From positions 558,001 to 622,000 of the forward strand of contig CAJFCJ010000006.1 of the NCBI GenBank assembly GCA_904063045.1: a stretch of DNA of 64,000 nucleotides, given 5' to 3'. Position 1 is the first letter of the stretch. Every line of letters starts with the position of its first letter. The stretch comes from Dimorphilus gyrociliatus. Lineage: Eukaryota; Animalia; Annelida. A program made the position numbers and the translations under genes. The notes beneath the pieces were generated by a model. It saw only the letters and a list, made by a program, of their open reading frames with translations. It had not been told where the DNA came from and made no database searches. Of the stretch, positions 1 through 14,466 are shown piece by piece.

Positions 1-339
1 GATTTTACCGAAACTTACACGTGTATATGTAGCATTCTATAAGCTTACGACGAACTTTATGTAGCATTCCCCTACAAGCAAAGATTTGTAAAAGTGTGCT
101 TATGTAGGTATTGTGTATTTTAATACATATGGGGCCACTTAAGAAAAGTATAGTACATAATTGATGACTGGCAAGATTTCTAAATCTTCTATTTCGCCAT
201 TCTCAAAAGAAATATATGTATTAATTCCAACAGATTTCTTCAGTCATATCGTTTGAGGATTTACATTCCCGTCTCATATACGGGATCTTGCCGATTTCTG
301 ATACATATACACGTCGTAGTCAAACGTCAATATATAGAG

Positions 340-344
<5 letters not shown>

Positions 345-377
<33 letters not shown>
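345..377. repeat. (AT)n dinucleotide microsatellite
   Basis: Uninterrupted AT run of about 16 units, ending just before a strong donor (CAG|GTAAGT at 393). Confidence 0.95.
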
Positions 378-381
<4 letters not shown>

Positions 382-2061
382 CACCTTCTCAGGTAAGTCT
401 TATCTGATTTGACGGCTTCGTTGATTTACGATAGTTACATCAAACAATCGACGACGATACCGTCCACACGTCGACGCCATTAAATACTCGTCTCACCAAC
501 TAATGACCGCTACTGACCGACCGTTTACGATATGTTCTAAATCGTTAACGGCGTGGCGGCCATATGGATGCTGTGTTTTCACGTTTCCGGTCGCTTCTAC
601 TTTCATCTTTTCTAACGTAGCAGTAACTTAAAATCTAAAAGCCAGAATCGATGACGAATCGATTTCTCTAGTCTCTAAGAACTCATCGCAATCAGTCGAA
701 ATGTAATTGTAGCGTGCCGTTTGAAAACAACTCTCCGAAGATCGCGAATCTTTCGGATTGTCAGACACGCAATGAAATCATCAATATATTCAACGTCTTT
801 GTTTGTCTCATTGAACGCACTCGATTTACAAGGTAAACGAAAATTAAGACGGCATTAAAACGAGTGAATATCCCATATTGTGTCAAAGGTCGCGTCGTTG
901 TTTGTTCGGCGTCTCCAGATTGTCAAAAAACGTCTAACGCACCTGGTTCTTGCGCGCCATCTGCCGAGTTTCCGAATCGTTAATTGGACGCCGCCTCTTT
1001 CGCGTGTTGAGCGCACCAATTGCGTAATAGCGGCTTTGTCATCAGGCGTCATCAGCGAAACGTCACGACGTCGAGGTCATGCCCCGGGTATGAATAGAAC
1101 CGATTGTAAGTTAGCCTACAGACCTACGAGAAATTCGAATTTCATTGTAACAAAACGATTGAATACTGTTCAAACATGCGCTAAGGGATAATAAGCACAT
1201 TGAAAAACATCGACTCTCGTGCTTGCGTACGCTTGAATAGTCTGCGATATCGGTAACTTTGATGATGTGCCCCGTAGAATTGTAGCTGGGTCAAGCCGGG
1301 GGAGGGCTTTATTCAACGCTCTTCTCTCCTACGTGCCTTCATAATTCTTAAGTACTTGCGTTATACTGTCGTTATACAGTTATGTTGCATTGCCACCACC
1401 CCCAACGCTGTTTTTGCCATCATAGTTCCTCCTCATAATAGGAAATGCATGCTTGGGAAAAAATCAAAAGATGGTTGTAAATTATTTACAGGCAGTTCAA
1501 CTGTCTTCTTTTTCTAAACGCTTCGTCAGTTTTAACGCTAGCTTTTATAAAATAGTAACGGTATAGAATTGAAAAATATACGACGACGTTCTTCAAACGA
1601 AAACACAACACCTGCTGTTCGTTTATTTGCCTTTAATTAGAAAGAACGTTAAATAGTGGAGTGCTAGAAAAGAGCGTTCAAGCATCTCGTTAGCGAATCT
1701 CCCTGTGAGTGAAAATGACAGTTACAGATTGTAATCACATCAATCATGGCAATTTTAATACTGTAATTTTTCCCTTTCCTTGCCGCCGCGGGTCTCTCAA
1801 ATACTTTTATCGAATATTTCTTTTTCGCGTCGCGTTTATCATTAACGATCCATACGTGTTTTTTGCAACTTGACTTCCTACGGCAATTTCCGTATACTTT
1901 GTCTTATCTCTTATCACCGTGATGCAGCAGGACGAGATAAACAGTACTAGGATGATATAGAACAGACACGATAAGAAATAAATGATATAGCACTTTATTA
2001 GAAAATATATACATACCATACGGGTTTTATTGTTAACTTTCCATTCAGGAGTATCGAAGAA

Positions 2062-4291
2062 ATGACACCGGAAAGTCCGGTTAAAGAAGAAAAAAGTAAT
2101 TTAAACGTCGCACAACAACCGTCGTCGCCAGTTGATTCGGCCAACAACAACAACCCAAACAACGTAAGTTTAACATTTATACTCTAATTGCTTCGGTGCA
2201 GTTACAAAAGAATCAATTGAAATTATTAATTACGTAAAGGGTGACAAAGACAGCTAATCGCTACGTTTCTCGTTTACATCGCTAATGATAAGATTTATTT
2301 CTATTTAGTTAATTTTAGTTTTCGTATAAAAGGGGGTAGTAGTTCATTAAAGCGTTGTCTCTCGTTCGATAAGGTAATTTTTACATATCAGAAAGTACAG
2401 TGCTGTATATCGATAGTATGTTATCGTGTCGAGTATATCACTCTTACAATGTAGCGGTCGATTATTAAAACGTTCTTTTATGCACCGAATCGAACATTAT
2501 TGTTCGCGGCGTCATGATATGGACCTTGAGAAATGCCTCAAGATTTCATATAGCCAGAAAGCGTTCTATGTTATCGATATATAAAGTAAGTTTTTTCAGC
2601 GTTCCAAGTCAGCTTCATCTCGAACTCACGCCTGCTCGGAGTGTGGAAAGACCTTTGCGACATCTAGTGGCCTGAAGCAGCATCAACACATCCATTCCTC
2701 GGTCAAACCATTTCAGTGCGAAGTGTGCCTTAAGGCCTATACCCAATTCTCGAACCTCTGCAGGCACAAGAGGATGCACGCAGACTGTAGACAACAGATT
2801 AAATGCACCGATTGTGGTCAAGCTTTTTCCACTGTAACCTCACTATCTAAGCACAAGCGATTTTGTGAAGGTGTTACTGGAGCCAATCGGCCGTCTGTTG
2901 TTCCGTCCCAGTCTAATCAAGCCAGACTACCGTTTCCTCCTCCATCCGTGGACAGCAAGATAGGAGGCGTATCAGCTACAATCACTCAACAGCAAGCTTT
3001 GCATGCTGCTTACATGAACTTGTATGGAGCCCACCGATCCCCCTTTCCCTTTTATGCGCCACTAAACGCAACTCCTCCTTATCCACCTATTTTTCCATCT
3101 ACCCCTTTGCCTACGGCAGCTTTTAATGGTCTTCATGCAGCTTCTCTGCTTCAAAGACCCACGACCGGTCTGCTTCAAGATACCAATGGTTCTGATGATT
3201 CAGATATGTCGGAAGGAACACGCTCTGAGGACGGAGAGAATGTCGCCAAATCTTGTAGTTCGCCAGAGCCGCAAGAGGAAGAGTCACCAGGAAGAGAAGA
3301 TCAGCCTTTAGATTTGTCAACAAAAACCTCCCGTCCAGATTCAGTTGGAGAAACTAAGAAAGAGATGAAAGAAGAACGGGAAGAGTCACCTATAGCTAAA
3401 AAGAGTCCAACACCTGAGTTAAGTGTGAGCTCATCCCTTCATTGCGCTTATCCGCCGCAATTTCCTAATTCATTAGTTTTGGACCATTATCGGGCAATGG
3501 CTGCCGTTGTCGCACAACAGCAACAAGCAGCCTCTGAGAAGAAAAATCTCGCTTTTCAAGATGCAGCCTCAAGATTCATGTTTAGTCCAAGATTTCCACC
3601 AGCCTCTTTACCTAACAGTTTTGCCCATCCTCCCAAGTTCCTCAGCAACCCTGCATCTCCTCTGCTGAAACTACCGAAACCGGACTATGGCACAGCTTTT
3701 TCTCATGGAACGCCTGTTACAGCAAACCGCGTAAAAGAACGCTATGCCTGCAAATATTGTGGCAAAGTTTTCCCACGCAGCGCCAATTTGACCCGCCATC
3801 TTCGCACACATACTGGTGAACAGCCGTATAAATGTAAATATTGCGAACGTTCTTTTTCCATCAGTTCGAACCTGCAGAGGCACGTAAGGAACATTCACAA
3901 CAAGGAAAGACCGTTTCGATGTCCTCTGTGCGATAAGGCTTTTGGTCAGCAAACAAATTTGGATAGGCATCTAAAAAAGCATGATACGGAGGGGCCCAAT
4001 GTTTGTGATAGTCCCCCCACTCAAGTTCCACACTCCACAGCCCATGCCTTGGACGAGAAAGATGATAGTTATTTCTCAGAAATAAAAAATTTTCTTCAAC
4101 CCAGCAACGATAATTCAAGCGATAACATTGATGTTGAGGACGAATATCAAGATGAGGAATTCGAAGCGAAGAAATTCAAGTTGGAGAATAATAATTCACC
4201 ATCACCCGAAGATAAGCGTCTCTTTTGCGACAAGGACAAGGTGGTACTTAAGCGTCACCTAACTACCATCACAGCTCCACTCGCTTGTTAA
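2062..4291 (+). CDS. PRDM16/MECOM: PRDM3/16 (MECOM/EVI1, hamlet, egl-43 family) C2H2 zinc-finger transcription factor; exons 2062-2163 and 2600-4291
   Basis: The exon from 2600 encodes [46 protein letters not shown] and [23 protein letters not shown] (EVI1 fingers 5-7), a PLDLS CtBP motif, and three distal fingers ([23 protein letters not shown] etc.). The phase-0 donor GTAAGT at 2164 joins the phase-0 acceptor TTTCAG at 2599. The true start may lie further upstream. Confidence 0.93.
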
Positions 4292-5192
4292 CCTCTTATT
4301 ACTTTGTGTTTCGTTTTTTTCACTAGTCTCTTTGTCTCTCACCTTGCCAATTTTGTTAAGAAATATTATTAACGATAACCCTTATCCACCGTAAGCTATA
4401 TGCATGCGATTTTTGCTATTTATTATGAAAAATAAGATTTCTATAAATGAAAATATTATGCTCGGTCGTATTCCTATTAATATTGTTTTATCATTATTAT
4501 TATATGGTGTATATCACATGGGTGTTTATAATTATATATATATAATATGTCTCTATATAAAAACTTGTATTATGTATGTGTACGTATGACTAAATACAGA
4601 ATATTATACGTTCGACGAACATTTGTTGAACAGGCCAAAAAAGGTTGTTGAACGATCAAACGAATGAAAGCAATAAAGCAGTTCTTTATAAGTGTGTTGA
4701 TTGTAAACCACAATATACTTCATATCATAAAGCATCTGGCAGCCGTATGAACGAACTTGGAACGATATAGCCTAATTGCACGTTAGCTGTTCGATGTTCG
4801 ATAAATAGTGTAGAGTCGGATGACGAGAAAGAAAACACTTTCTCACTGTAGGCTGTGTCTTCTATCGATCTGGCGCGTTCAAGTCGAAGAGACCCTTTCG
4901 GTCGAGTTATAAGTGGTGCTTGGAATGCGACGAAGCTAATTTTCGGTCCTCCATTCCGACGCTCACGTTCTCTAAAACTTTTGGACGATTTTATAGTAAT
5001 TATAACTCAAGGTGACATCTATTGGCTTGTTTCTTGCTACTTTTCTCCTAAAACAAGTATCGCCATCTGTCTATTACATTTTGAAGATACCAGAGGGAAC
5101 TATAGTTTAATCACGTGGTATTTCTATTAATAGTATTGTCAACAACTGCGCCAAGTTCAGTAGACTGCTTTACGGACGTTGATGTCAATAGC

Positions 5193-6101
5193 ATGTTGTC
5201 GATTGGTAGAATGCCGCAAGTGGATGTAAGAAGTAATGTGGGCTATTTGGAAAAATGTGCATGTTGTCATGAAGCTTCTTCTCGTCTTTTTTCCTTATTG
5301 TCACAAGGAAAACAAGATAGGAAAAGGATCAATGTTGAACAAGATATTCCCATCGACTTGTCTTATAAAAGGAGACGCCTGGATACAGAAACAGATGGAT
5401 CGTCTATCTTAGAAGCACTCTTATCTGGAGAAAAACGTTCACCTTCACGAGATTCAACTGTCAGCATCTCATCTTTCTCGTCATCTTCGTCGTCATCATC
5501 ATCCTCATCCTCAGCGGATACGGAAATGTCGAAAAAAGTTCGATTGTCAAACAATACAGCCTCAGTTCTGTCTCCTCGAATATCTGAATTACTCGTTCAG
5601 GCGGCCAACTTCGCCAAATCATCCACCCACTTCGAATCTCTGTCGCGTAGCGACCAAATAGCCTTGATTCAGGACGCATGGTGCCGTCTCTTGATTATAT
5701 CTATCGCAGAGGAGAAACTTCATTTTGATGTAGTTGCCGTTACTCCTTATGAAGCTAACGACCATATGCCAAGTAATACTACAGTCGATACAATCATGGC
5801 CTTTATTCAAAAATGTCAAAGTTTAAAAGTTGATGACAGCGAATATACGTTAATGAAAAGTATTGCTTTATTCAAGTCTAGTGCCCAACTTCAAGATAGA
5901 GAAGCTGTAGAAGATGTAGAAAAGACAGCTATCGGACTACTGCAAAGGCAGCCTCTAAGGTTCACTAAACTTATAACGACCTTGCGTCGCCTATATAGTG
6001 TGGACCCAGAGCAAGTTGCTAATTTATTTTGTTCTCATATAGTAACAAGACTGAGTATGGACCGTCTTTGGCCCGAACTCTTAAACGTTCCGCTATGCTA
6101 A
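5193..6101 (+). CDS. NR0B: NR0B (DAX1/SHP-like) nuclear receptor: ligand-binding domain only, no zinc-finger DBD, intronless
   Basis: LBD signature FAKSSTHFESLSRSDQIALIQDAWCRLLIISIAEEKLHF, then FIQKCQSLKVDDSEYTLMKSIALF and a C-terminal LSMDRLWPELL. The N-terminus has two LxxLL-like boxes (RLFSLL, ILEALL) and no C4 fingers. The first ATG is at 5193; the ORF track starts at a GTG. Confidence 0.85.
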   Translation: MLSIGRMPQVDVRSNVGYLEKCACCHEASSRLFSLLSQGKQDRKRINVEQDIPIDLSYKRRRLDTETDGSSILEALLSGEKRSPSRDSTVSISSFSSSSSSSSSSSSADTEMSKKVRLSNNTASVLSPRISELLVQAANFAKSSTHFESLSRSDQIALIQDAWCRLLIISIAEEKLHFDVVAVTPYEANDHMPSNTTVDTIMAFIQKCQSLKVDDSEYTLMKSIALFKSSAQLQDREAVEDVEKTAIGLLQRQPLRFTKLITTLRRLYSVDPEQVANLFCSHIVTRLSMDRLWPELLNVPLC

Positions 6102-6178
6102 GTTGCTAACGTGTTATTTATAGTCTATATGTATATATAGCTAGTGTGTATACGTGTACAGGAATAAATCGAGTGCAG

Positions 6179-6764
6179 TGACCTCGCATATGAGTCAGAC
6201 GATTGAAATAGGTAAATTTTAGCTGATCGATCAACGGGCAACGAACTCTGATCAATTGCCAAGGTCGGTCGGCCTGTGTATGTGTACGAAAAATGGGCGA
6301 TGACGTCACAAAAGCGGTTGTGAGAATTCGAAAGAAGCGGGCGCGTTAGGGTGAACGGCTGAACGAACGTCCCATAAATAGTCCACATTAAGTAATAAAA
6401 AAATCAACAAATGCCGCATAAAATACAAAAAATATAGACGATTCGTTGCAGTTCAACATACTAGACTTGATTAGGCTGCCTGTGAGTTAAAAGAAAAACA
6501 AACAAAAGACGAAAATGGGCCTAGAGGCGAACTGCTGCGAAAATTTCCAAGGTCGCGTCCGCGCGCAAGCAGCAGGACAAACACCATTTTTGCCCAGAAT
6601 AAACCTACTTTAACTCTTTTGCAGCCGCGCGCCGTCAAAAAAAGACGCCGATCGATCGTATACCAAATATAGGACGTTCTCAGAGTGTAAACATGCTGAC
6701 CTTGGATAACGATAAAATACGCCTACTCGCTTCAGACAAATAATTCGAACAGGTTCAAAGTTCG
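6179..6764. promoter_or_regulatory. Cluster of nuclear-receptor half sites downstream of NR0B
   Basis: TGACCT 6179-6184; CCAAGGTCG 6259-6267 and 6547-6555; TGACCTTGG (=CCAAGGTCA) 6697-6705; DR1-like GGTTCAAAGTTCG 6752-6764. All lie in a CpG-rich non-coding patch. Confidence 0.5.
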
Positions 6765-7766
6765 ATTGAGAAATAAACACGAGTCTGCACGAGTTTAAAT
6801 CGTGGTTTTTTCCTGTTTTATTTTGTTTTTGACTATTTAACCTTCGGTTAATCTTTCAATAAGGAAATAGCAACGAACCTGATATAATCTATCCCGTATT
6901 ATTTAGGTTCATCTTTATGTTTGTAATACGAATCCTCAACTAAATATGAAGATTGAGTAATAATCATATTTACTTTGTATGTAATATTAAAAACATATTT
7001 GATAAAGACAAATATCATTCTAATATTATGCCTTTCCAGAATTTATTTCTCTATTAAAAGAGTTTTTCTTATCTTATCCGACTAGCTAGTGAGTAATTTC
7101 CAGTGAACAATAATTAATGGTTTATCTAAGTGTTTATGTAAACAGGAAATTTTTTTAAAATGTGGTTCAAAAGACTAAAAATTATGAAACCGGACTTGGT
7201 TTATTTCTATTGTATTTATTTCTTGCAAATTAAGTTGTAGATGGCGTAAGCCATCAAATATGGGATAACGGAAAAAACCGAATCGTCCAAAGTACAAAGT
7301 ATGCCTTCTTTACTTTGCTATCATCAAATGCCATTGGCTAGTGTTGATAAATTTTTTAGGTAGTACCAATTCCGTTGTCTGACTATTTATATAACAAAGG
7401 AAATTAGTGCAAATCAATGACGTACTTTGAGATAAAAATAAATGACAACTAAAGCAAAATCTAATAGTAAAACGTTTCAGCCGACAGATGGAATCATGGT
7501 AATCAGTGATTATAAATTCGGGCATAAGATCATTATCAAAGAACTATTCAAGTGTAATTTCAATAGTAGTAGAATATGTTGTAAAAAGTTTTTTTTACCT
7601 TGTTCTGAAATTAGACAACGAAAACGTAATCGAACATAAATACGTCGAACTATATTTTAGACAATTAGGCTAGTTACGACGGGTATGAATATTTTTTATT
7701 TCATTCAATGTTTTCAAAATATATTAATATAACTAGAAGTACTATATAATAATTTCATAATTAGAA

Positions 7767-10218
<2,452 letters not shown>

Positions 10219-10475
10219 TGTCCAATACTGAAGAATTAATCGAAGTTATAAACAACGAGAATATTATCAAATTGGTTAAGAAAGAAACATTTTTACGTGG
10301 ACACTAACCACAGACTAAATTCTTTAGATTGATCATTAAAAATTGCTGCAGAACTATAAAAATGAATGGGAAAAACCCTAGGATATTTATTTAAGAGAAC
10401 GGTAACTGAAAAATCTCTTTACCTGTTTTCGTCTGTGGTTAGGAAATGACGTCAAACTTCAACAACACTTTCAAA
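10219..10475. promoter_or_regulatory. Bidirectional promoter ARFGAP1/MAP7 with a palindromic CRE
   Basis: Head-to-head ATGs 258 bp apart; TGACGTCA at 10447-10454. Confidence 0.6.
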
Positions 10476-13442
10476 ATGGCTGCGACTACAGAAGATGCAT
10501 TTGTGTCCGAAGAAAAAGGTAAATTTAGTTTTTTCTGTAATTTTATTCGGAATAATGAGTCATAAAATAGTTCTTTATTGGAAGATTATCACCATACTCT
10601 TATTGCAATAATTGATCGCGGCATATTTGTTTAGTAATTTGTAAATTACAGATTACTCAAATTGTCAATTCATATAACACAGTACAATTGTCACATCAAA
10701 ATTCTTTTATCGCATCCTAAACACAAAAGCAAAATGTATTACTAGCATTAAAACAGAACGTGTTAAAAGATTTTCAGTAAATTTAACAAAATGAAGTAAA
10801 TGACAGTGAGTCAGTATGAAATACTCACCTTTTTCATAAATTTTAACCTTATTGTATTTTAATTCATAATCATGGACTTGCTTAACAATTAAATTTCCAA
10901 ACAAATTTTAGTCCAGGATGAAACCACAAATAAGAAGAGTCCTTGTCGAATTCTTGCTACCCAACCACCGAACAAAGCTGAAATATCTGCTAAACACAGG
11001 GAAAGAGAAGAAAAAGTTAAAGCTGCTCAAAGAAAAAAAGTTGAAGAGCGAAAGAAAAAATTAGAAGAATTAAGGGAAGCTCAAAAGCGTGCAGGTGAAT
11101 TTCGAGAAAAACAGCAAGAGGAGCGAAGGAAAAAACTTCTGGATATGAGAAATCGTGAAATCGCAAAAAGAGAAGCTGTGGAACAGAGACGGAAGCGCTT
11201 AGAAGAGGATGATAAAGTTACAATTCTAATAATCAGATTAATTAAAGATTTTTAAAGTATAAATTTGTACTTTTGATAGCAAAAAGTTTTGGAAAAAATC
11301 CGAAGACTGGAGGAGAGAGATGCGCGATTAGATGAAATAAGGCGATCTCGATATTCAGGTCAGCTGAACGCAGCATTCGGTTCCACTCCTAGTCGAGCTC
11401 AATCACACTGCTCTCTCAGACCTGCCGTATCTCCTCGTAGAGCCACATCGGCTTTCAGCCTTTCCTCGAATGGTAAATATCTTTTAACTTGAAAAAAAGA
11501 GCATAACGAAGGAAAATTACAAGGCAGGCCTCAGAGAGATAGTTCAATATGAATGACATTTTCTTAGCCTAATTTTATGTCGTATAATTTGCCTCATAAA
11601 TGATTATAAATTGCATGTTGCATGTTTACCTTTACATAATATATTACGAAATTACAGTGCTGAATTCTCCAAGCAACAACAAAAGTTTGTCATCGTCAGT
11701 GATGATCTTGACATCACCAAAAGCAAAATCAGTCTCTAGAATGACATCGAGTACGCTGAATCTAAGACGCTCCAAAGTCAATCTTTCATCAGAATCCCCG
11801 CGTTCAACCAAATCAGTGTCTGACGGTAAGGATAGCTTAACCTTTGTTATTAGCGAGCATTTTGCTGCATGGCCTTCACCCTCAGAAAATTCTTATATTT
11901 TCAATTCATTTCTCTGCGTCATTCCACAGCAAATGGATCACATAAAACAAGGTCATTGAGCGTACAGCCATTACCGCATTATGCTCGCCATACTTGCAGT
12001 TCTGCAATACGCTGTGGGCGCGAGAAAGAACTGTTAAGTTGTTGTTACGGTGTGTCGATAATATTTATTAAAATACCTCTATCTCACTGTATTAATCTCG
12101 AAATATGTTACTGAAACATTATATTTTTATTAAAATATACAAAGTTAATTTTTTTAATGTCAGTTCGATCAAGCTCCACGGATAGTTCGAATAGAAAATC
12201 AGTAAGAAGCAAACCGTGGTCAGAAGTTAGCCGAAACGTAGAAAGATTATCAACTCCAAAATCTTCGAAAAAAAATACAACTCCATCTCGTTCGTCTCAA
12301 AAAACTTCTCCTAGTGTACAGTCAATGAGTCCGCAGGTTGACAACAAACGAATTGAATTAAACTTATGTTAATGTTTTACCTATTTTACTTATATAAACT
12401 TTCACTTGTTTCAGACACAAAAATTTAGGCCTAAATCACCTAGCCCAGTTAATAGTACTGAGATTAACATAAAGACTGAAGAAGAATACAAAATTAGATT
12501 AGCTGAAAATAGGAGACGGGCTAGAGAGAAAGCCGACAAGGAAAAGGAAGAAGAGAGACTAAGAAAACTTGAACTAAAAGCGAAAGAAGAACAAGAAGAG
12601 AAGGACAGAATGGAAGAGCAGATACGCCTTGAAAAAGAGAGGGAAGAGCAAGAAAGAATTGAAAAAGAAAGAATAGTAGAAGAAGAGAAAAAGTATGAGA
12701 AATTTTCTCAAAGTACTTTTAAAGATCAATTTTTTTCGTTAGGCGGAAGAAAGAAGCAGAAATCATCAAATTAGAAGAAGAAAAGCTTAAGTATATTATT
12801 GAATTAAATTAATAAAAAAATTATTTGAATTAACGTCGACAAATACTTATTTCTTTTTTTAACGCATATTCTTATTTTTCTTGTAGAAAAGTGGAGGAAG
12901 AGGAGAGGTTAGAGAAAGAACGAAAGCTTAAGCAGGAAGCCGAACAACGTGAAAGGGAAAGGATAGAAAAACAAGCAAAAGAAGAGGAAGAAAGAATGGA
13001 AAGAAAGCGCAAGTTGGAAGGAATAATGAAAAGGTTTAAGACAGATCAATCAGCTTCAAATGAATCAACTCCAGCCTCATCTCCTCGCAGGGATGAAGCA
13101 CAGTCAGCGAGTGATAAAAAATCAGCTGTTCTCCAAAAAGTACTTAGAGAAAGAATGGAAAATGACGATAAAAAGTTTCAATCTCCTCTCTTGAAAGAAA
13201 TTATGGCAAAACGATCCACATCAAGTGCGAAACTAGACGAAGAATCGAATAATGACAGCCAGCACAACAATAATCAAGTGAATGGCACTTCTCCTAACCG
13301 CCGGGAGAGTGTAGAACAAGTGATAAATATAGAAGAAAAATCGAATGATGATATGCTCAACTCGAATGAAGCTGATCCGCCGCCTCCCTTTGTTGCTTTT
13401 GAAGAAAATGCAAATCTTAATCAAGTCGCAGGAAACGTTTAA
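10476..13442 (+). CDS. MAP7: MAP7/ensconsin family microtubule-associated protein (multi-exon)
   Basis: N-terminal coiled coil (ERRKKLLDMRNREIAKREAVEQRRKRLEEDDK), a Ser/Pro/Arg-rich linker, and the MAP7 domain (TEEEYKIRLAENRRRAREKA ... ERMERKRKLEGIMKR). Confidence 0.8.
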
Positions 13443-14203
13443 GATATAAAATGACTCTGAAGTCTTGATTAATAAACACTCTTATGAAATTTTCTTACTT
13501 TATCGGTGGCGGAATTTCATAATCTACCACTAAGTGATTTAATTCATACATATTATCTTTGTTTGTACAATTTAACTGCCTTGCAACTTTGTTGTTAATA
13601 TTTTTTTGCACAAGTCTTAAAATTTAGCAATAATAATCGTGTAAATGAATATACGAATCGTATATTTTTGAAAACATTAACGTATAACTAAGTTTCGGAA
13701 AAATTCAAAATATTTTTTGTATAATCAGCAACATTTTCTTTTTATCTTATATCATTAATATATATGACTGAGTTTGAAATTTTTTTTAAAATTACGACCA
13801 CCCAGTTAAATTAATCCAAAATTTACAATTTTCAGATTTTACAAATTGAAATAAAAATTAAGAGCTGGATCCTCGGAAATGAGAACACTAAAATTGCCCT
13901 GTCAATAACAAACGTTTATTCCAAGACTATAAACATTTTTTTTTGATTAATCAGTGCTCCAAAACAATAAATAAAAATAAAACAAAACCCCCAATATATA
14001 GTGGAATATCAACAGATATGATGTTAAGATATTATGAGAAGATCATATTGTCTAAAAATTCATTGAAAACCAATTAGCCACTAATCAAAACTTAAATATA
14101 CACTTATTGCAGTTTTTTTTCCCTATTTTCTTATACAAACCCTGTAAATTACAGTCATATGACCTAAATAAACAAGGTTATTTAGTTCAGCAAAAGTACC
14201 GTT

Positions 14204-14350
14204 GATGACTCATCGTATGAATTTCCTCTTCATCTAATCTCTACTCTGATTGGCTGTTTGTGACATCATATTCTAAGTAAAGCCATTGGGTTTCCGTTTG
14301 ACGTCACAACAAAACTCATATAAAACACAGCGGCTTTCCTGAATCAGTCA
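14204..14350 (+). promoter_or_regulatory. Fos proximal promoter: AP-1, CCAAT, CRE-like, CRE, TATA, initiator
   Basis: GATGACTCATC with TGACTCA at 14206-14212; ATTGG 14249-14253; TGACATCA 14261-14268; TGACGTCA 14299-14306; TATAAAA 14319-14325; TCAGT about 25 nt downstream of the TATA. Confidence 0.75.
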
Positions 14351-14466
14351 TTTAACTATTAGTCAACAAACAAACTCGTCGAAAAACTTACAGCTTTGAG
14401 GAAAATCCCTTACTCACGGTTTTAATTACTCATTTAAGAAGTTATCTACTACTAGAAGTAAGAAAG

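Noticed and set aside
855-2019. Short ORFs upstream of the PRDM gene
   Set aside because: They overlap on opposite strands, show no motifs or splice support, and are explained by locally higher GC regulatory DNA.
7100-7700. Small spliced gene between NR0B and ARFGAP1
   Set aside because: Every exon chain tried hit a stop or a phase conflict.
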